Notes: a model not told the origin generated them from the sequence alone. 48,610 bases of DNA from Desulfurococcales archaeon (GCA_027037025.1 JALWBS010000005.1:1-48610), one strand, 5' to 3'. Shown: positions 36,801 through 44,815, counted from the stretch's first letter. Numbers and translations are program-made.

Positions 36801-37208
36801 CTACTTGTTCTTGGACTGCGCCTTCAACAACCTCCGTATGTGCTTCATCTTCTTCGCCTCGTAGAAGTGTGGAGAGAGCATCGCCGTTAGGTAATCCAGC
36901 AGGTGTCGCTTTCTCAGTATCCTAGACATTCTGAGGATAGCTGGGTAGCTAATTCCGTAGAACTCACAGCCGGTTAGCTTAGCACCTATCGTTTTTAGGT
37001 AGAGCAAGACGATGCATCGGTAGATGCTGTCCTTCGTCCTCAGGAACCTAGCTACATCGGATTCCAGTATGAGCCACTCGAACACCTTCATCCTCGGCTT
37101 CATCCACTCCGCTATGTCGTTCGGTAGCGTTAGCCGTATAACCCTTTTGAACCCTAGCTTCACTACCAGCTCCCTCCCGTTCAGCTCCACGCTCTTCTTG
37201 AACCCCAT
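36801..37208 (-). CDS. putative winged-helix-like DNA-binding protein (paralog of 6851..7234)
   Basis: ATG 37208 preceded by AGGGGACACA. Its first 160 nt overlap the 3' tail of 37048..37608 in another frame. Confidence 0.55.
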   Translation of the reverse strand: MGFKKSVELNGRELVVKLGFKRVIRLTLPNDIAEWMKPRMKVFEWLILESDVARFLRTKDSIYRCIVLLYLKTIGAKLTGCEFYGISYPAILRMSRILRKRHLLDYLTAMLSPHFYEAKKMKHIRRLLKAQSKNK

Positions 37209-37608
37209 TGTGTCCCCTAATGTACTCAACGAGATCGCTTGCTATTAAGCTCATCCACGTTAATACCCTTCCCGCGTGGTGCGTGAGCAGATGATTGGAC
37301 GCTGCGGCGGCTCCATAGAGCTTTCTCCCGCATAGCTTGCATCTGTAGCAACCGTCCTCGGTCTTGTCGAATACGGGCTCTATCGAGCTTGTGAGCTTGA
37401 GGAGGATGTCGGTGTACTTAGACATGACGCGCCATCTTCTATCCGATTCCAAGCTACTGAGGATCGACCTAACCGTGTTCTTCGAAACCGATAGCGCGTG
37501 GGCTATCTCGCTCGGTGACAAACCCTTTATGTATCGGAGCTCGACCACCTTGAAGAACAGATCTTGGTTAGTCAAGCGACGAACCACGAACTGCTTTAAG
37601 AACTTCAT
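37048..37608 (-). CDS. HTH + C2H2 zinc-finger DNA-binding protein (paralog of 2958..3452)
   Basis: LSPSEIAHALSVSKNTVRSIL HTH and YRCKLCGRKL...HLLTHH zinc finger. ATG 6 nt downstream of leader motif 37615..37629. The last ~50 codons are low-complexity and overlap 36801..37208. Confidence 0.7.
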   Translation of the reverse strand: MKFLKQFVVRRLTNQDLFFKVVELRYIKGLSPSEIAHALSVSKNTVRSILSSLESDRRWRVMSKYTDILLKLTSSIEPVFDKTEDGCYRCKLCGRKLYGAAAASNHLLTHHAGRVLTWMSLIASDLVEYIRGHNGVQEERGAEREGAGSEARVQKGYTANATERHSGVDEAEDEGVRVAHTGIRCS

Positions 37609-37816
37609 GCGGATCCCCGTGAGAAAAAGATGATTTTATCTCGATGCACCTACGGATCTCTCCCCACTCGTGGCACAGAACCATGAGGGCTCGATAAGCC
37701 TCGTTCTCGCTGATGAGGTTGTAGGAGAGCAGATCCTTTATGCGTCTAAGAATCTTCTTCCGCTCCTCCTCCGCTTCCTCATCGATCCACTTCTCCAAGT
37801 AGCTAATCATATCCAT
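37568..37816 (-). CDS. hypothetical small protein
   Basis: Starts 3 nt after the stop of 37819..38724. Its 3' end reads through leader motif 37615..37629 (..SFSHGD..) and overlaps the next gene. Confidence 0.45.
   Translation of the reverse strand: MDMISYLEKWIDEEAEEERKKILRRIKDLLSYNLISENEAYRALMVLCHEWGEIRRCIEIKSSFSHGDPHEVLKAVRGSSLD
37615..37629 (-). promoter_or_regulatory. cassette leader motif copy
   Basis: Minus strand: CTTTTTCTCACGGGG-atccgc-ATG(37608). Confidence 0.75.
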
Positions 37817-37818
37817 GG

Positions 37819-38724
37819 CTACGCACCGGGTAGCCTCTTCTCCAACAGCATCTCGGATGCTAGCCTAGACATATCTCTGAAAACGTCGTAGTTCCTAGTC
37901 TCCGCAACGACCCTAGTAACGCTCTGGAAAGCCGTTGCCAAGCTATAGCCGTGCTTCTGCACGAACCTTCTGTAGCTCGACCTAAGTATGTAGGCAACGT
38001 ATCTAGGAACCTTCGCGGCGATGCCCTCTATCCAATCGTCGAGCTCCTGCGGCGAGAGCTCTATTCTAGCTAGCTCCGAAACCGAGTCGATTATCCACGT
38101 AGCCTCGTCGCTGAGCTTCGCAACCACCTCGTCCACGGCGCGGATAACGCTGAGCAGAACCTTCCGTAGCTCGCCTCGGTGCACAGTCCTCACGCTCGTA
38201 GCCATCCAGTTAGCGAGCATCTCGTTGCCGCACTCAGCGAACCTAACGATTGGATACACCTTTATGCTGTGAACACCGGTGTTAGCGTTCGAAACCGCGA
38301 CGTAGAACACGTTGTCGAACACCGTAACCACCCTCCACAGAAACACCGTTCTAGCGCTGAACCTCTTCACGTGATCCGGCTCGGCTTCTAGAAACCTGCT
38401 AACGGCATCGACGAGTATACGGTGAGGAACAGCCACGTAGCTATCGCTCGTAGCCCTAACAACGTAGAGCGCGCCGTCGAACATAACTAGGCATCTCAGC
38501 ATGAGGGGCTTCCTACTCACGCGCTCTATCAACGCCTTCTTGAATCTATCCGGGTTGCTAACCACATTGCTTCTACTCATGTTCACCAATCGCGCGAGCT
38601 GCGAGTAGCTACGTCCTTTAAACACGATTCTGGTACCATCCTTCGTCACGACGATGCTCCTCCTATACACAGTTACGGAGTCCACCCTATCCAGAACGAA
38701 GTCTACGAACGTGGGTCTCTCCAT
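37819..38724 (-). CDS. hypothetical protein (301 aa)
   Basis: ATG 6 nt downstream of leader motif 38731..38745. Confidence 0.65.
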   Translation of the reverse strand: MERPTFVDFVLDRVDSVTVYRRSIVVTKDGTRIVFKGRSYSQLARLVNMSRSNVVSNPDRFKKALIERVSRKPLMLRCLVMFDGALYVVRATSDSYVAVPHRILVDAVSRFLEAEPDHVKRFSARTVFLWRVVTVFDNVFYVAVSNANTGVHSIKVYPIVRFAECGNEMLANWMATSVRTVHRGELRKVLLSVIRAVDEVVAKLSDEATWIIDSVSELARIELSPQELDDWIEGIAAKVPRYVAYILRSSYRRFVQKHGYSLATAFQSVTRVVAETRNYDVFRDMSRLASEMLLEKRLPGA

Positions 38725-38730
38725 GGATCT

Positions 38731-38745
38731 CCCCCGTGGAAAAAG
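38731..38745 (-). promoter_or_regulatory. cassette leader motif copy
   Basis: Minus strand: CTTTTTCCACGGGGG-agatcc-ATG(38724). Confidence 0.75.
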
Positions 38746-38771
38746 AGGGCAGAGACTATAGTTATGGTCAT

Positions 38772-39893
38772 TTATGTTCGTTTTAGTCCTTTTAAGGCTA
38801 TGAGGTATGCTGATGCTGTGTGGCGATCAAGACCAAATCTCTTCATGATCTCGTCATGTTCCCTAGAATGCGTTGTGCCCTTAGGATCGACGTACCTCAC
38901 CTCCATAGCGTAGAGCGGTGCTTTCCACGCTATTCGCTCTATGATTGAGCTTCGGAACATCGAGACCTTCCAGTTCCACTTCCTCCCCCTTCTCTCACCA
39001 TTGCGTATCCAGTAGTACCTGAGATACCCAACTATCTCCGGGTTTTCCAGGAATATCGTTGAGACACCTGCGTGGTAGAGCCACTTCAGCATTCTGTGGA
39101 TTACCTCGCCTATGATGCTCCAAGCCCTCTTCCTCTTAACGCCCATGTGAGCCGCTCCATCAAGCCAGAAGGTTCTAATCATCCTGAGCTTACCGCCGGG
39201 AGAAACCACGGCGACGTCGAGACGATCAACGTTGACGTCTATCCCTGCAACGATGTCGCTGAGTGGATCGTCGTATCGCTTCATCACCTGGTAGTAGAGC
39301 TGGTAAGGCACCATAACTTGCATCTCACCAGCAACATGAAGACCATACTTACCCATTCCGTAGTCAGAGATGTAGATCCTTGCGGGGTAGCCAACGCGCT
39401 TGGCATTCGCCTCCGATATGAGCGTCTCGAGTAGTCGTCTGTACCCCTTCGGCACGACGTATCTGAGCTCTACAGTATCCGAACTCTTGTCGTACCAGAA
39501 GGTCAGAACCCTGGTTCTGCCTAGATCCACGAGCCTTATGTTTAGGTTGCCCCTAGCATGGGGCTCCCCATCGCTCTGAAACAGCAACCATTCCTTGAGC
39601 TCCAGATCCCGTACGTCGACACCCAGCGCTTTTGCGCTACGAAGCGTTGACCACACGAGCTTGAGCACCCCATCGACGTAGCGCCTATTAGGAAGCACAT
39701 CGTAGCACCTGGATCTCATAGCCTTGAGGAACCGCGTCTCAGGAAGCTCGGCTAGCACAAGCTCGCTCTTCACGACCATCAGCACGCGATGAGCAACGAT
39801 CTTCGACAGCCAGGCAGTGGAGAGCAGTCGCGAAGCGACGAGTCCATTCGCGTGGAAAGGCAGAGCAATAGTGACATACCTCGGGCTCTTCAC
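38772..39893 (-). CDS. tnpB: TnpB/OrfB-like RuvC-fold protein lacking the usual zinc finger
   Basis: Candidate RuvC triad: GIDVNVD, IFLENPE, GLDRHTASAYLIA. 373 aa. No CxxC...CxxC between the second and third motifs (VDPKGTTHSREHDEIMKRFG). GTG start about 21 nt downstream of a palindromic TATA. Confidence 0.65.
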   Translation of the reverse strand: MKSPRYVTIALPFHANGLVASRLLSTAWLSKIVAHRVLMVVKSELVLAELPETRFLKAMRSRCYDVLPNRRYVDGVLKLVWSTLRSAKALGVDVRDLELKEWLLFQSDGEPHARGNLNIRLVDLGRTRVLTFWYDKSSDTVELRYVVPKGYRRLLETLISEANAKRVGYPARIYISDYGMGKYGLHVAGEMQVMVPYQLYYQVMKRYDDPLSDIVAGIDVNVDRLDVAVVSPGGKLRMIRTFWLDGAAHMGVKRKRAWSIIGEVIHRMLKWLYHAGVSTIFLENPEIVGYLRYYWIRNGERRGRKWNWKVSMFRSSIIERIAWKAPLYAMEVRYVDPKGTTHSREHDEIMKRFGLDRHTASAYLIALKGLKRT

Positions 39894-39907
39894 GCTTCCC
39901 GACCATA

Positions 39908-39921
39908 GGGTATATATACCC
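39908..39921 (-). promoter_or_regulatory. perfect 14-bp palindrome GGGTATATATACCC (TATA box candidate for the TnpB-like gene)
   Basis: Centre lies about 21 nt upstream of GTG 39893, compatible with a leaderless or short-leader mRNA. Confidence 0.5.
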
Positions 39922-39941
39922 GAGAGTTATTAAACGTTGTA

Positions 39942-40021
39942 GTGACCCCCGCTGGCTCGCTGACCCCCCGGGATGAAGGGGCTGGCGGGGAGAAACCGCT
40001 GTGAACCCAGCTAGGCGACCC
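39942..40021 (-). other. GC-rich non-coding block upstream of the TnpB-like gene (possible structured RNA, IS end or protein-binding array)
   Basis: About 80 nt, visibly GC-richer than its surroundings. CCCCGC...GCGGGG can pair. Three copies of GTGA(A)CCC(CC) lie at 39942, 39961 and 40001, echoing the ATG-proximal part of the cassette leader. Confidence 0.25.
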
Positions 40022-40054
40022 TAAAAGAACCTAAAATATTGGGAATGACCCTAG

Positions 40055-40282
40055 CTAGGGGAGCGGTTGGGTACGAACCCGCTCTATCCTCAGCTTTATG
40101 TTTTCCTCTACGCAGTCGTAGAAAGCTGTAGCCTCTCTACACAGCTCGATCTCGTCGTAGTAATCCGGCTTCACGACGTAGACATCTCCGGATCGAGTCT
40201 TTATCACCACTTCGAACTCGCTTATCTTAACGCTCTCAACGTCCTTGAGAACTATGTCCCTATCGAGTTCGAGCACAGCCAT
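40055..40282 (-). CDS. hypothetical small acidic protein (cassette-array gene, 75 aa)
   Basis: ATG 5 nt downstream of leader motif 40288..40304. Confidence 0.6.
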   Translation of the reverse strand: MAVLELDRDIVLKDVESVKISEFEVVIKTRSGDVYVVKPDYYDEIELCREATAFYDCVEENIKLRIERVRTQPLP

Positions 40283-40287
40283 GGAAA

Positions 40288-40304
40288 CCCCCGTGAGAGA
40301 AAAA
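40288..40304 (-). promoter_or_regulatory. cassette leader motif copy
   Basis: Minus strand: TTTTTCTCTCACGGGGG-tttcc-ATG(40282). Confidence 0.75.
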
Positions 40305-40337
40305 TGTTTATTGGGGTTTGAGAACAGGGCATCGTAC

Positions 40338-40658
40338 TCACTTCGCCTTTCGCTCGCTGGCGCAGATCTCCTCTATCCTGCGCCTAACATCTTCGTGGAT
40401 CTCTAGCTTGGCTTCGACGTTGCACAGCGTTTCGAACATGTTGTCTAGGCACGTGATTAGATCGGTATCCCCTTTCTTCGCCGCTCTGTAGCACAGCGAC
40501 GCCATCGATAGGGTGCAGAGGTACTCCAACGTACCCTCTCTCTTCTTTTTCATCTCTGCTATCTCCCACAGGTGCTTGCACAGCGGGTGATCCTTAGCTT
40601 CTTCACATGCCTTCCTAGCGTTGAGAGCTATTTCATAGGCTAGGTTCGGGGGGATCAT
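40338..40658 (-). CDS. hypothetical Cys-rich helical protein (106 aa)
   Basis: Starts 3 nt after the stop of 40661..41392. Third gene of a motif-led three-gene unit. Confidence 0.55.
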   Translation of the reverse strand: MIPPNLAYEIALNARKACEEAKDHPLCKHLWEIAEMKKKREGTLEYLCTLSMASLCYRAAKKGDTDLITCLDNMFETLCNVEAKLEIHEDVRRRIEEICASERKAK

Positions 40659-40660
40659 AC

Positions 40661-41392
40661 CTAACCACCAAAAAGCTGAGCCGAGCTACGTAGCTTCTCC
40701 TTCACGGTGTCGAGGATCATCGACTCTATTCTCTGTCTCTCAACAACGTATCCAAACCTCTTCAAATCGTCCAGAACTTGATTGTGCTTCAACCCTACGT
40801 AGAACAGCACCGGGTCGAAGCATAGTCTAGCCTGCTTGTTCCTGACTATGAACGCCGCGCTCTTGAGCACGCCGTCGTACATAGCCCAGCTAGCGAGGTA
40901 GCTCATCCCAAGAACCGTGGGTGCACCACGTTCGGAGATGTACTTGTTCAGTATCTTCATCACCTCGCTCAGCTTGGCAACGGCGCTATCTCTGAGCTCG
41001 GCAATGGAGAACCCCACCATTAGCTGGATGCCGAGGTCTTCCATGCTACAAACGTCTAGCAGAACCGATACTCCTAGGGTTAGTAGCCTGAGCGATACGA
41101 AGCCGAACCTCTCCATCATGGCGTGTACCAGCGCTATCATGGTGAGAACGCTGTTGTTGTCGAACACACCGTGTAGCTCATCGACGAAGCTCATCACATC
41201 GTCTATCCTCTGCTCCCCGAACATCCTAGGTATTAGCCACGTCATCGCGTCGGTGGCTAGCTCAACATCCTCTTTCTTCACCTCTATCCCTAGCTTAGTC
41301 AAGGTATCCCTCGCTCTAGCGAAGAGATCCGCTACGGCGTCTCGCAGTTGCTTAGGTGCCTCACTCAACTTGGTACACCCTAACGTTCTCAC
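40661..41392 (-). CDS. hypothetical helical protein (243 aa)
   Basis: GTG start overlapping the 3' end of 41361..41585. No leader motif of its own. Confidence 0.55.
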   Translation of the reverse strand: MRTLGCTKLSEAPKQLRDAVADLFARARDTLTKLGIEVKKEDVELATDAMTWLIPRMFGEQRIDDVMSFVDELHGVFDNNSVLTMIALVHAMMERFGFVSLRLLTLGVSVLLDVCSMEDLGIQLMVGFSIAELRDSAVAKLSEVMKILNKYISERGAPTVLGMSYLASWAMYDGVLKSAAFIVRNKQARLCFDPVLFYVGLKHNQVLDDLKRFGYVVERQRIESMILDTVKEKLRSSAQLFGG

Positions 41393-41585
41393 CTGACTTG
41401 TCCCCTATCGCAACCACTCTACCCGCTATGACAACCACCTTGTCGCCGATTGTCTTGGTCTCGACGCTATCCTCGCCGAGCGCTGATAGGAACACCCTAG
41501 CCGCGATAGTCATATCCACCTTCCTCCACCTACTAAATCCTAGAACTTTGAGTATCTCCTCATCGCTTGGATCTGAGGAGACCAT
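41361..41585 (-). CDS. hypothetical small protein (74 aa)
   Basis: ATG 4 nt downstream of leader motif 41590..41600. Confidence 0.55.
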   Translation of the reverse strand: MVSSDPSDEEILKVLGFSRWRKVDMTIAARVFLSALGEDSVETKTIGDKVVVIAGRVVAIGDKSGENVRVYQVE

Positions 41586-41589
41586 GGAT

Positions 41590-41600
41590 CCCCCCGTGAA
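41590..41600 (-). promoter_or_regulatory. cassette leader motif copy (T-run missing)
   Basis: Minus strand: TTCACGGGGGG-atcc-ATG(41585). Confidence 0.6.
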
Positions 41601-41625
41601 TCAGTGGAGTAAGAGATCCATAAAA

Positions 41626-42294
41626 CTACGTGAGGTAGAGAACCATCACGGGCTTCTCCCTAACTACGAAGCCCAGAACCCTAGCCTTGGTAAAACCGTT
41701 CACTATGGGTAGTCGTACGCGAAGCTCGTTTCCATCGATACGCATCTCCACAGCCTCACCACCGAACTGGCGAAGCATCGATAGCAGAACCTTGGCTGGA
41801 AACCTAGAAACGATCGTGTCGATCTCCTTAACCAACCTCCTATACTCCTCGATCTGCCGCTTAACGAAGCTCTCGACCCTACGCAGGCTGTAGTACACCG
41901 CGTGGTACCTATCCCCATCGCTACGAATCTCGAAGCATATCGACGCAACGCTCTCATCGTCCTCGTCAAACACGTCGATGCACTCATCGCTCTCCAAAAC
42001 CTTGTCCTCGCCCACACCAGCTAACCTAGTCACCAACCCAGCGATCTCACCACGAATATCCACCTCAAGCTCTTGCATAGCCGCAACAACATCGCTACAG
42101 CCCTCCTCAGACCGACTACACTCCACCTCCAAACACTTGGCTCCAACAACTATCTTGGCACGTACACAGTCTTGGCTCTCCACAACATCGATGATCGCAT
42201 AGCTATCTCCCCTACGGTACTCTCTCAGCATAGACTCCACAGCATCACCAATCTTAGAAGGATCCAACGGTTCCCCATCTAGGAAAACCCTCAT
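41626..42294 (-). CDS. hypothetical acidic protein (222 aa)
   Basis: Start re-called to ATG 42294, 6 nt downstream of leader motif 42301..42316. The ORF-track extension to 42342 reads through the motif. Confidence 0.6.
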   Translation of the reverse strand: MRVFLDGEPLDPSKIGDAVESMLREYRRGDSYAIIDVVESQDCVRAKIVVGAKCLEVECSRSEEGCSDVVAAMQELEVDIRGEIAGLVTRLAGVGEDKVLESDECIDVFDEDDESVASICFEIRSDGDRYHAVYYSLRRVESFVKRQIEEYRRLVKEIDTIVSRFPAKVLLSMLRQFGGEAVEMRIDGNELRVRLPIVNGFTKARVLGFVVREKPVMVLYLT

Positions 42295-42300
42295 TCCGAA

Positions 42301-42316
42301 CCCCGTGAAGAAAAAG
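42301..42316 (-). promoter_or_regulatory. cassette leader motif copy
   Basis: Minus strand: CTTTTTCTTCACGGGG-ttcgga-ATG(42294). Confidence 0.75.
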
Positions 42317-42334
42317 AGCGTTGAAAATATAGAT

Positions 42335-42832
42335 CTAAGCACACCAATCCGTGGATCCGTGCTCCGGCGGCACGTTTGCGTAGCTGAGCACGAGTGCTAG
42401 AGCCATCGCCTTCCTTCTATCGGATCCATAGCACTGTATCTTGCAGTCGTAGACCTCGCCATCGATCTTCGCCCACGCTTGGCATCCGCGAGCCTCTTCG
42501 AAGCATATGATCCCTATCTCGATCCTCCCATCCCTCGAAACCAGCTTTATACGCCTAGACCCTTTGCCACCGAGTTCTTCCACCCTAACGTCATCGACCG
42601 CGAACAGCTTCTTAACCGCGGCAATCAGCTTATCGATGTTTATAGCGCTTATCCTACCCGGATCACGTACATAGAAATAGATAGCGCTAACACCAGCTCT
42701 ATAATCCCTCAACTCGTTCAGTAGCTGAAGAGCCTCTTCACCAAGGTTCTCGGCAACGACGTTCCTAGCGCTTTCTCTCATCTTCTCAATCTCTTTAAGA
42801 ACTTCATCTAACGAAACATCTTTGGGAGCCAT
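42335..42832 (-). CDS. hypothetical protein (165 aa)
   Basis: ATG 5 nt downstream of leader motif 42838..42853. Confidence 0.6.
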   Translation of the reverse strand: MAPKDVSLDEVLKEIEKMRESARNVVAENLGEEALQLLNELRDYRAGVSAIYFYVRDPGRISAINIDKLIAAVKKLFAVDDVRVEELGGKGSRRIKLVSRDGRIEIGIICFEEARGCQAWAKIDGEVYDCKIQCYGSDRRKAMALALVLSYANVPPEHGSTDWCA

Positions 42833-42837
42833 GTGAA

Positions 42838-42853
42838 CCCCCGTGAGAAAAAG
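42838..42853 (-). promoter_or_regulatory. cassette leader motif copy
   Basis: Minus strand: CTTTTTCTCACGGGGG-ttcac-ATG(42832). The 24 nt at 42830..42853 are identical to 48272..48295. Confidence 0.8.
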
Positions 42854-43093
42854 TCATTTTCTTCCCAATACGCATCGAACCGGAGACGGAATGACCTCCC
42901 TAGCAATTCTACACACGTCGAGCCGCACCCTCGAATCGTTGATGGGTAGCTCCACCATCAGCGTTAACCTACCGCAGATATCCCGCTTAAGCGATATCTT
43001 CGCACTTGGAAACGCCTCACGCAACCTGCGCTCCACCGTAGCCGCGTAGCGAAGAATAGTGAATCGATCGGTCGAGCGAATGTATATCCTCAT
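42854..43093 (-). CDS. hypothetical small basic protein (79 aa)
   Basis: Start set to ATG 43093 by analogy: a degenerate leader TTTTTATGGGGG-tgggt-ATG lies at 43099..43110. The ORF-track start is 43168. Confidence 0.45.
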   Translation of the reverse strand: MRIYIRSTDRFTILRYAATVERRLREAFPSAKISLKRDICGRLTLMVELPINDSRVRLDVCRIAREVIPSPVRCVLGRK

Positions 43094-43098
43094 ACCCA

Positions 43099-43110
43099 CC
43101 CCCATAAAAA
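43099..43110 (-). promoter_or_regulatory. degenerate cassette leader motif copy
   Basis: Minus strand: TTTTTATGGGGG-tgggt-ATG(43093). CAC is replaced by AT. Confidence 0.4.
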
Positions 43111-43121
43111 CAATTCTATCC

Positions 43122-43502
43122 TTATTCCTCGGTATAACCACAGCTATCCCTCCACCTCCCTTCCCCAACCTTCATCAAGACCTTCACCGCGGTTCCGTAA
43201 GTCTTAGACACGGCGAAGTACACGAGGTTGTACTGATCGTCGATATCCTTGCAAAGAAGAATCTCGATACCGTCATCGCTCTCGATCGCCGCAAGTCTAC
43301 GACCCGAAGCTACGTGCTTGATCGATTCGATGAGTACATCCACAAGAGAAACTCGCTTGACGCAGAACTCAGTATTCGAATCCACATCCCTTCCGCAGAT
43401 ATAGGTATCGGGAGCATCTAGGCTAAGACCCTCGATCGCAACCGGAAAAGGACTATCTATCCTAGCATACGCCACTTCCGTAGATCCCCTCTCAACCTCC
43501 AT
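43122..43502 (-). CDS. hypothetical protein (126 aa)
   Basis: ATG 43502, 5 nt downstream of leader motif 43508..43527. The ORF-track GTG 43508 lies inside the motif. Confidence 0.55.
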   Translation of the reverse strand: MEVERGSTEVAYARIDSPFPVAIEGLSLDAPDTYICGRDVDSNTEFCVKRVSLVDVLIESIKHVASGRRLAAIESDDGIEILLCKDIDDQYNLVYFAVSKTYGTAVKVLMKVGEGRWRDSCGYTEE

Positions 43503-43507
43503 ACACA

Positions 43508-43527
43508 CCCCCGTGAAGCGAGAAAAA
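43508..43527 (-). promoter_or_regulatory. cassette leader motif copy (6-nt insert)
   Basis: Minus strand: TTTTTCTCGCTTCACGGGGG-tgtgt-ATG(43502). Confidence 0.7.
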
Positions 43528-43531
43528 CGTG

Positions 43532-43885
43532 CTATGCACCGAGATCAATGATTACAATCGGTTTACCACCTACGGCACACTCAACAACGTTGTCGTAAGC
43601 ATACATCCTCACACCACCTAGCTTCTCGCAACACTCGCTAGGATCATTAGCATCTCTGCAAACCGGTATCGGAGCTCCACCACGCGGATCGTATATCCAG
43701 AACCTGAACCTCTTCACCAACTCATCTATGCGTCTCACCACATCATTGCTGGGCTCTCTACCCATCTCCACCGCATCCATGTAGCTCTTCAACGCTATCA
43801 GATAGTCTTCGGAAAGCGGACGAAGAATTTCAACCCTCTCTAGCCCTAGCACCCTAGCAATTTCGCAAGCTATATCCCGATCCAT
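43532..43885 (-). CDS. hypothetical protein (117 aa)
   Basis: ATG 43885 gives the usual 6-nt spacing from leader motif 43892..43912. An alternative ATG lies at 43891. Confidence 0.55.
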   Translation of the reverse strand: MDRDIACEIARVLGLERVEILRPLSEDYLIALKSYMDAVEMGREPSNDVVRRIDELVKRFRFWIYDPRGGAPIPVCRDANDPSECCEKLGGVRMYAYDNVVECAVGGKPIVIIDLGA

Positions 43886-43891
43886 GTACAT

Positions 43892-43912
43892 CCCCGTGTA
43901 GGGATGGAAAAA
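43892..43912 (-). promoter_or_regulatory. cassette leader motif copy (9-nt insert)
   Basis: Minus strand: TTTTTCCATCCCTACACGGGG-atgtac-ATG(43885). Confidence 0.65.
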
Positions 43913-44350
43913 CTATGGTTTGGGTAGGTCTAGACCTGTGAGCGTGGGTAGATCCACGAGTGTCTTCATCCAATCCGGGTAGTTGTCTTGGTACTCGAAC
44001 CGCTTACCGGTTTCCGTCGATGCTACCACGATCCTGTCATGACCAGCCGACTTCGAGTACTCGTAGATCACCGTAACGATATCGAATATTCCTTCACCGA
44101 TGATTCTAAGGACTAGCGCCTCGGCAATTCTTAGGAACTCAAGAGCTTTATCAACGTACTTAGCCTCGATGTATGCTATGCCATGATCGAACTCTATTCT
44201 ATCCGGATCCACTTGAACATCGTTGTACAGCAAATTGACGAGATTGTCTAGTACCGGCAATACATGGATTTCAATCCTAGTCCTTGTGTAACACACATTC
44301 ATATCGGATGTACACCAAAATACTCCCTCATCCGGTTCCGTCGCAACCAT
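43913..44350 (-). CDS. hypothetical protein (145 aa)
   Basis: ATG 44350, 5 nt downstream of leader motif 44356..44369. The ORF-track GTG extension to 44401 reads through the motif. Confidence 0.6.
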   Translation of the reverse strand: MVATEPDEGVFWCTSDMNVCYTRTRIEIHVLPVLDNLVNLLYNDVQVDPDRIEFDHGIAYIEAKYVDKALEFLRIAEALVLRIIGEGIFDIVTVIYEYSKSAGHDRIVVASTETGKRFEYQDNYPDWMKTLVDLPTLTGLDLPKP

Positions 44351-44355
44351 GTATA

Positions 44356-44369
44356 CCCCCGTGGAAAAC
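44356..44369 (-). promoter_or_regulatory. cassette leader motif copy
   Basis: Minus strand: GTTTTCCACGGGGG-tatac-ATG(44350). Confidence 0.7.
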
Positions 44370-44372
44370 GTT

Positions 44373-44786
44373 TTACCATACGGAGTACGGGATTTCACCA
44401 CAAGTTTCTTTCACGAGCATTCTCACGTATCCATAGGACATTAAGTACCGCGCCATCGACGCCAACATCATTTCGCATAGATGCTCGTTCTTCAGTAACC
44501 ACTCAATGATCTCAGTACATCGTCGAAGAACCGTGGCTGGAGGAAAACTCCTTCTAAACTCAATACAACACTTATGCACACCATTCTCTATCCTTATACG
44601 TATCAGAGCCAACGACATCTCGACAACGTTCTTTGGATATTCAACGAGTGATATCCTCGATGTCACCTTCTCAATTCTACAAGGCTCAGCAGATTTTACA
44701 ATGCCATTCTCTTCGATTAGCACAATCACTTTCACAAGCTCGTTCTCGCTTTCAACATGCCTAAACACATAGGTAGAGCTACCCAT
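44373..44786 (-). CDS. hypothetical protein (137 aa)
   Basis: ATG 44786, 8 nt downstream of leader motif 44795..44808. Confidence 0.55.
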   Translation of the reverse strand: MGSSTYVFRHVESENELVKVIVLIEENGIVKSAEPCRIEKVTSRISLVEYPKNVVEMSLALIRIRIENGVHKCCIEFRRSFPPATVLRRCTEIIEWLLKNEHLCEMMLASMARYLMSYGYVRMLVKETCGEIPYSVW

Positions 44787-44794
44787 TTTATTCA

Positions 44795-44808
44795 CCCCGT
44801 GGAAAAAG
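44795..44808 (-). promoter_or_regulatory. cassette leader motif copy
   Basis: Minus strand: CTTTTTCCACGGGG-tgaataaa-ATG(44786). Confidence 0.7.
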
Positions 44809-44815
44809 AATGTGT

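Noticed and set aside
38725-40054. Annotating a complete IS200/IS605-type mobile element around the TnpB-like gene
   Set aside because: There is no tnpA. I could not identify matching subterminal hairpins at both ends or a target duplication. The 3' flank is only 47 nt. The element boundaries are therefore not supportable from this window.
40058-40085. Hairpin gagcgg-N12-ccgctc that might be a tRNA arm, att site or terminator
   Set aside because: It lies inside the coding 3' end of 40055..40282 (..ERVRTQPLP). No cloverleaf can be built around it. No tRNA-like sequence was recognised anywhere in the window by eye, and a tRNAscan run would be needed to be sure.
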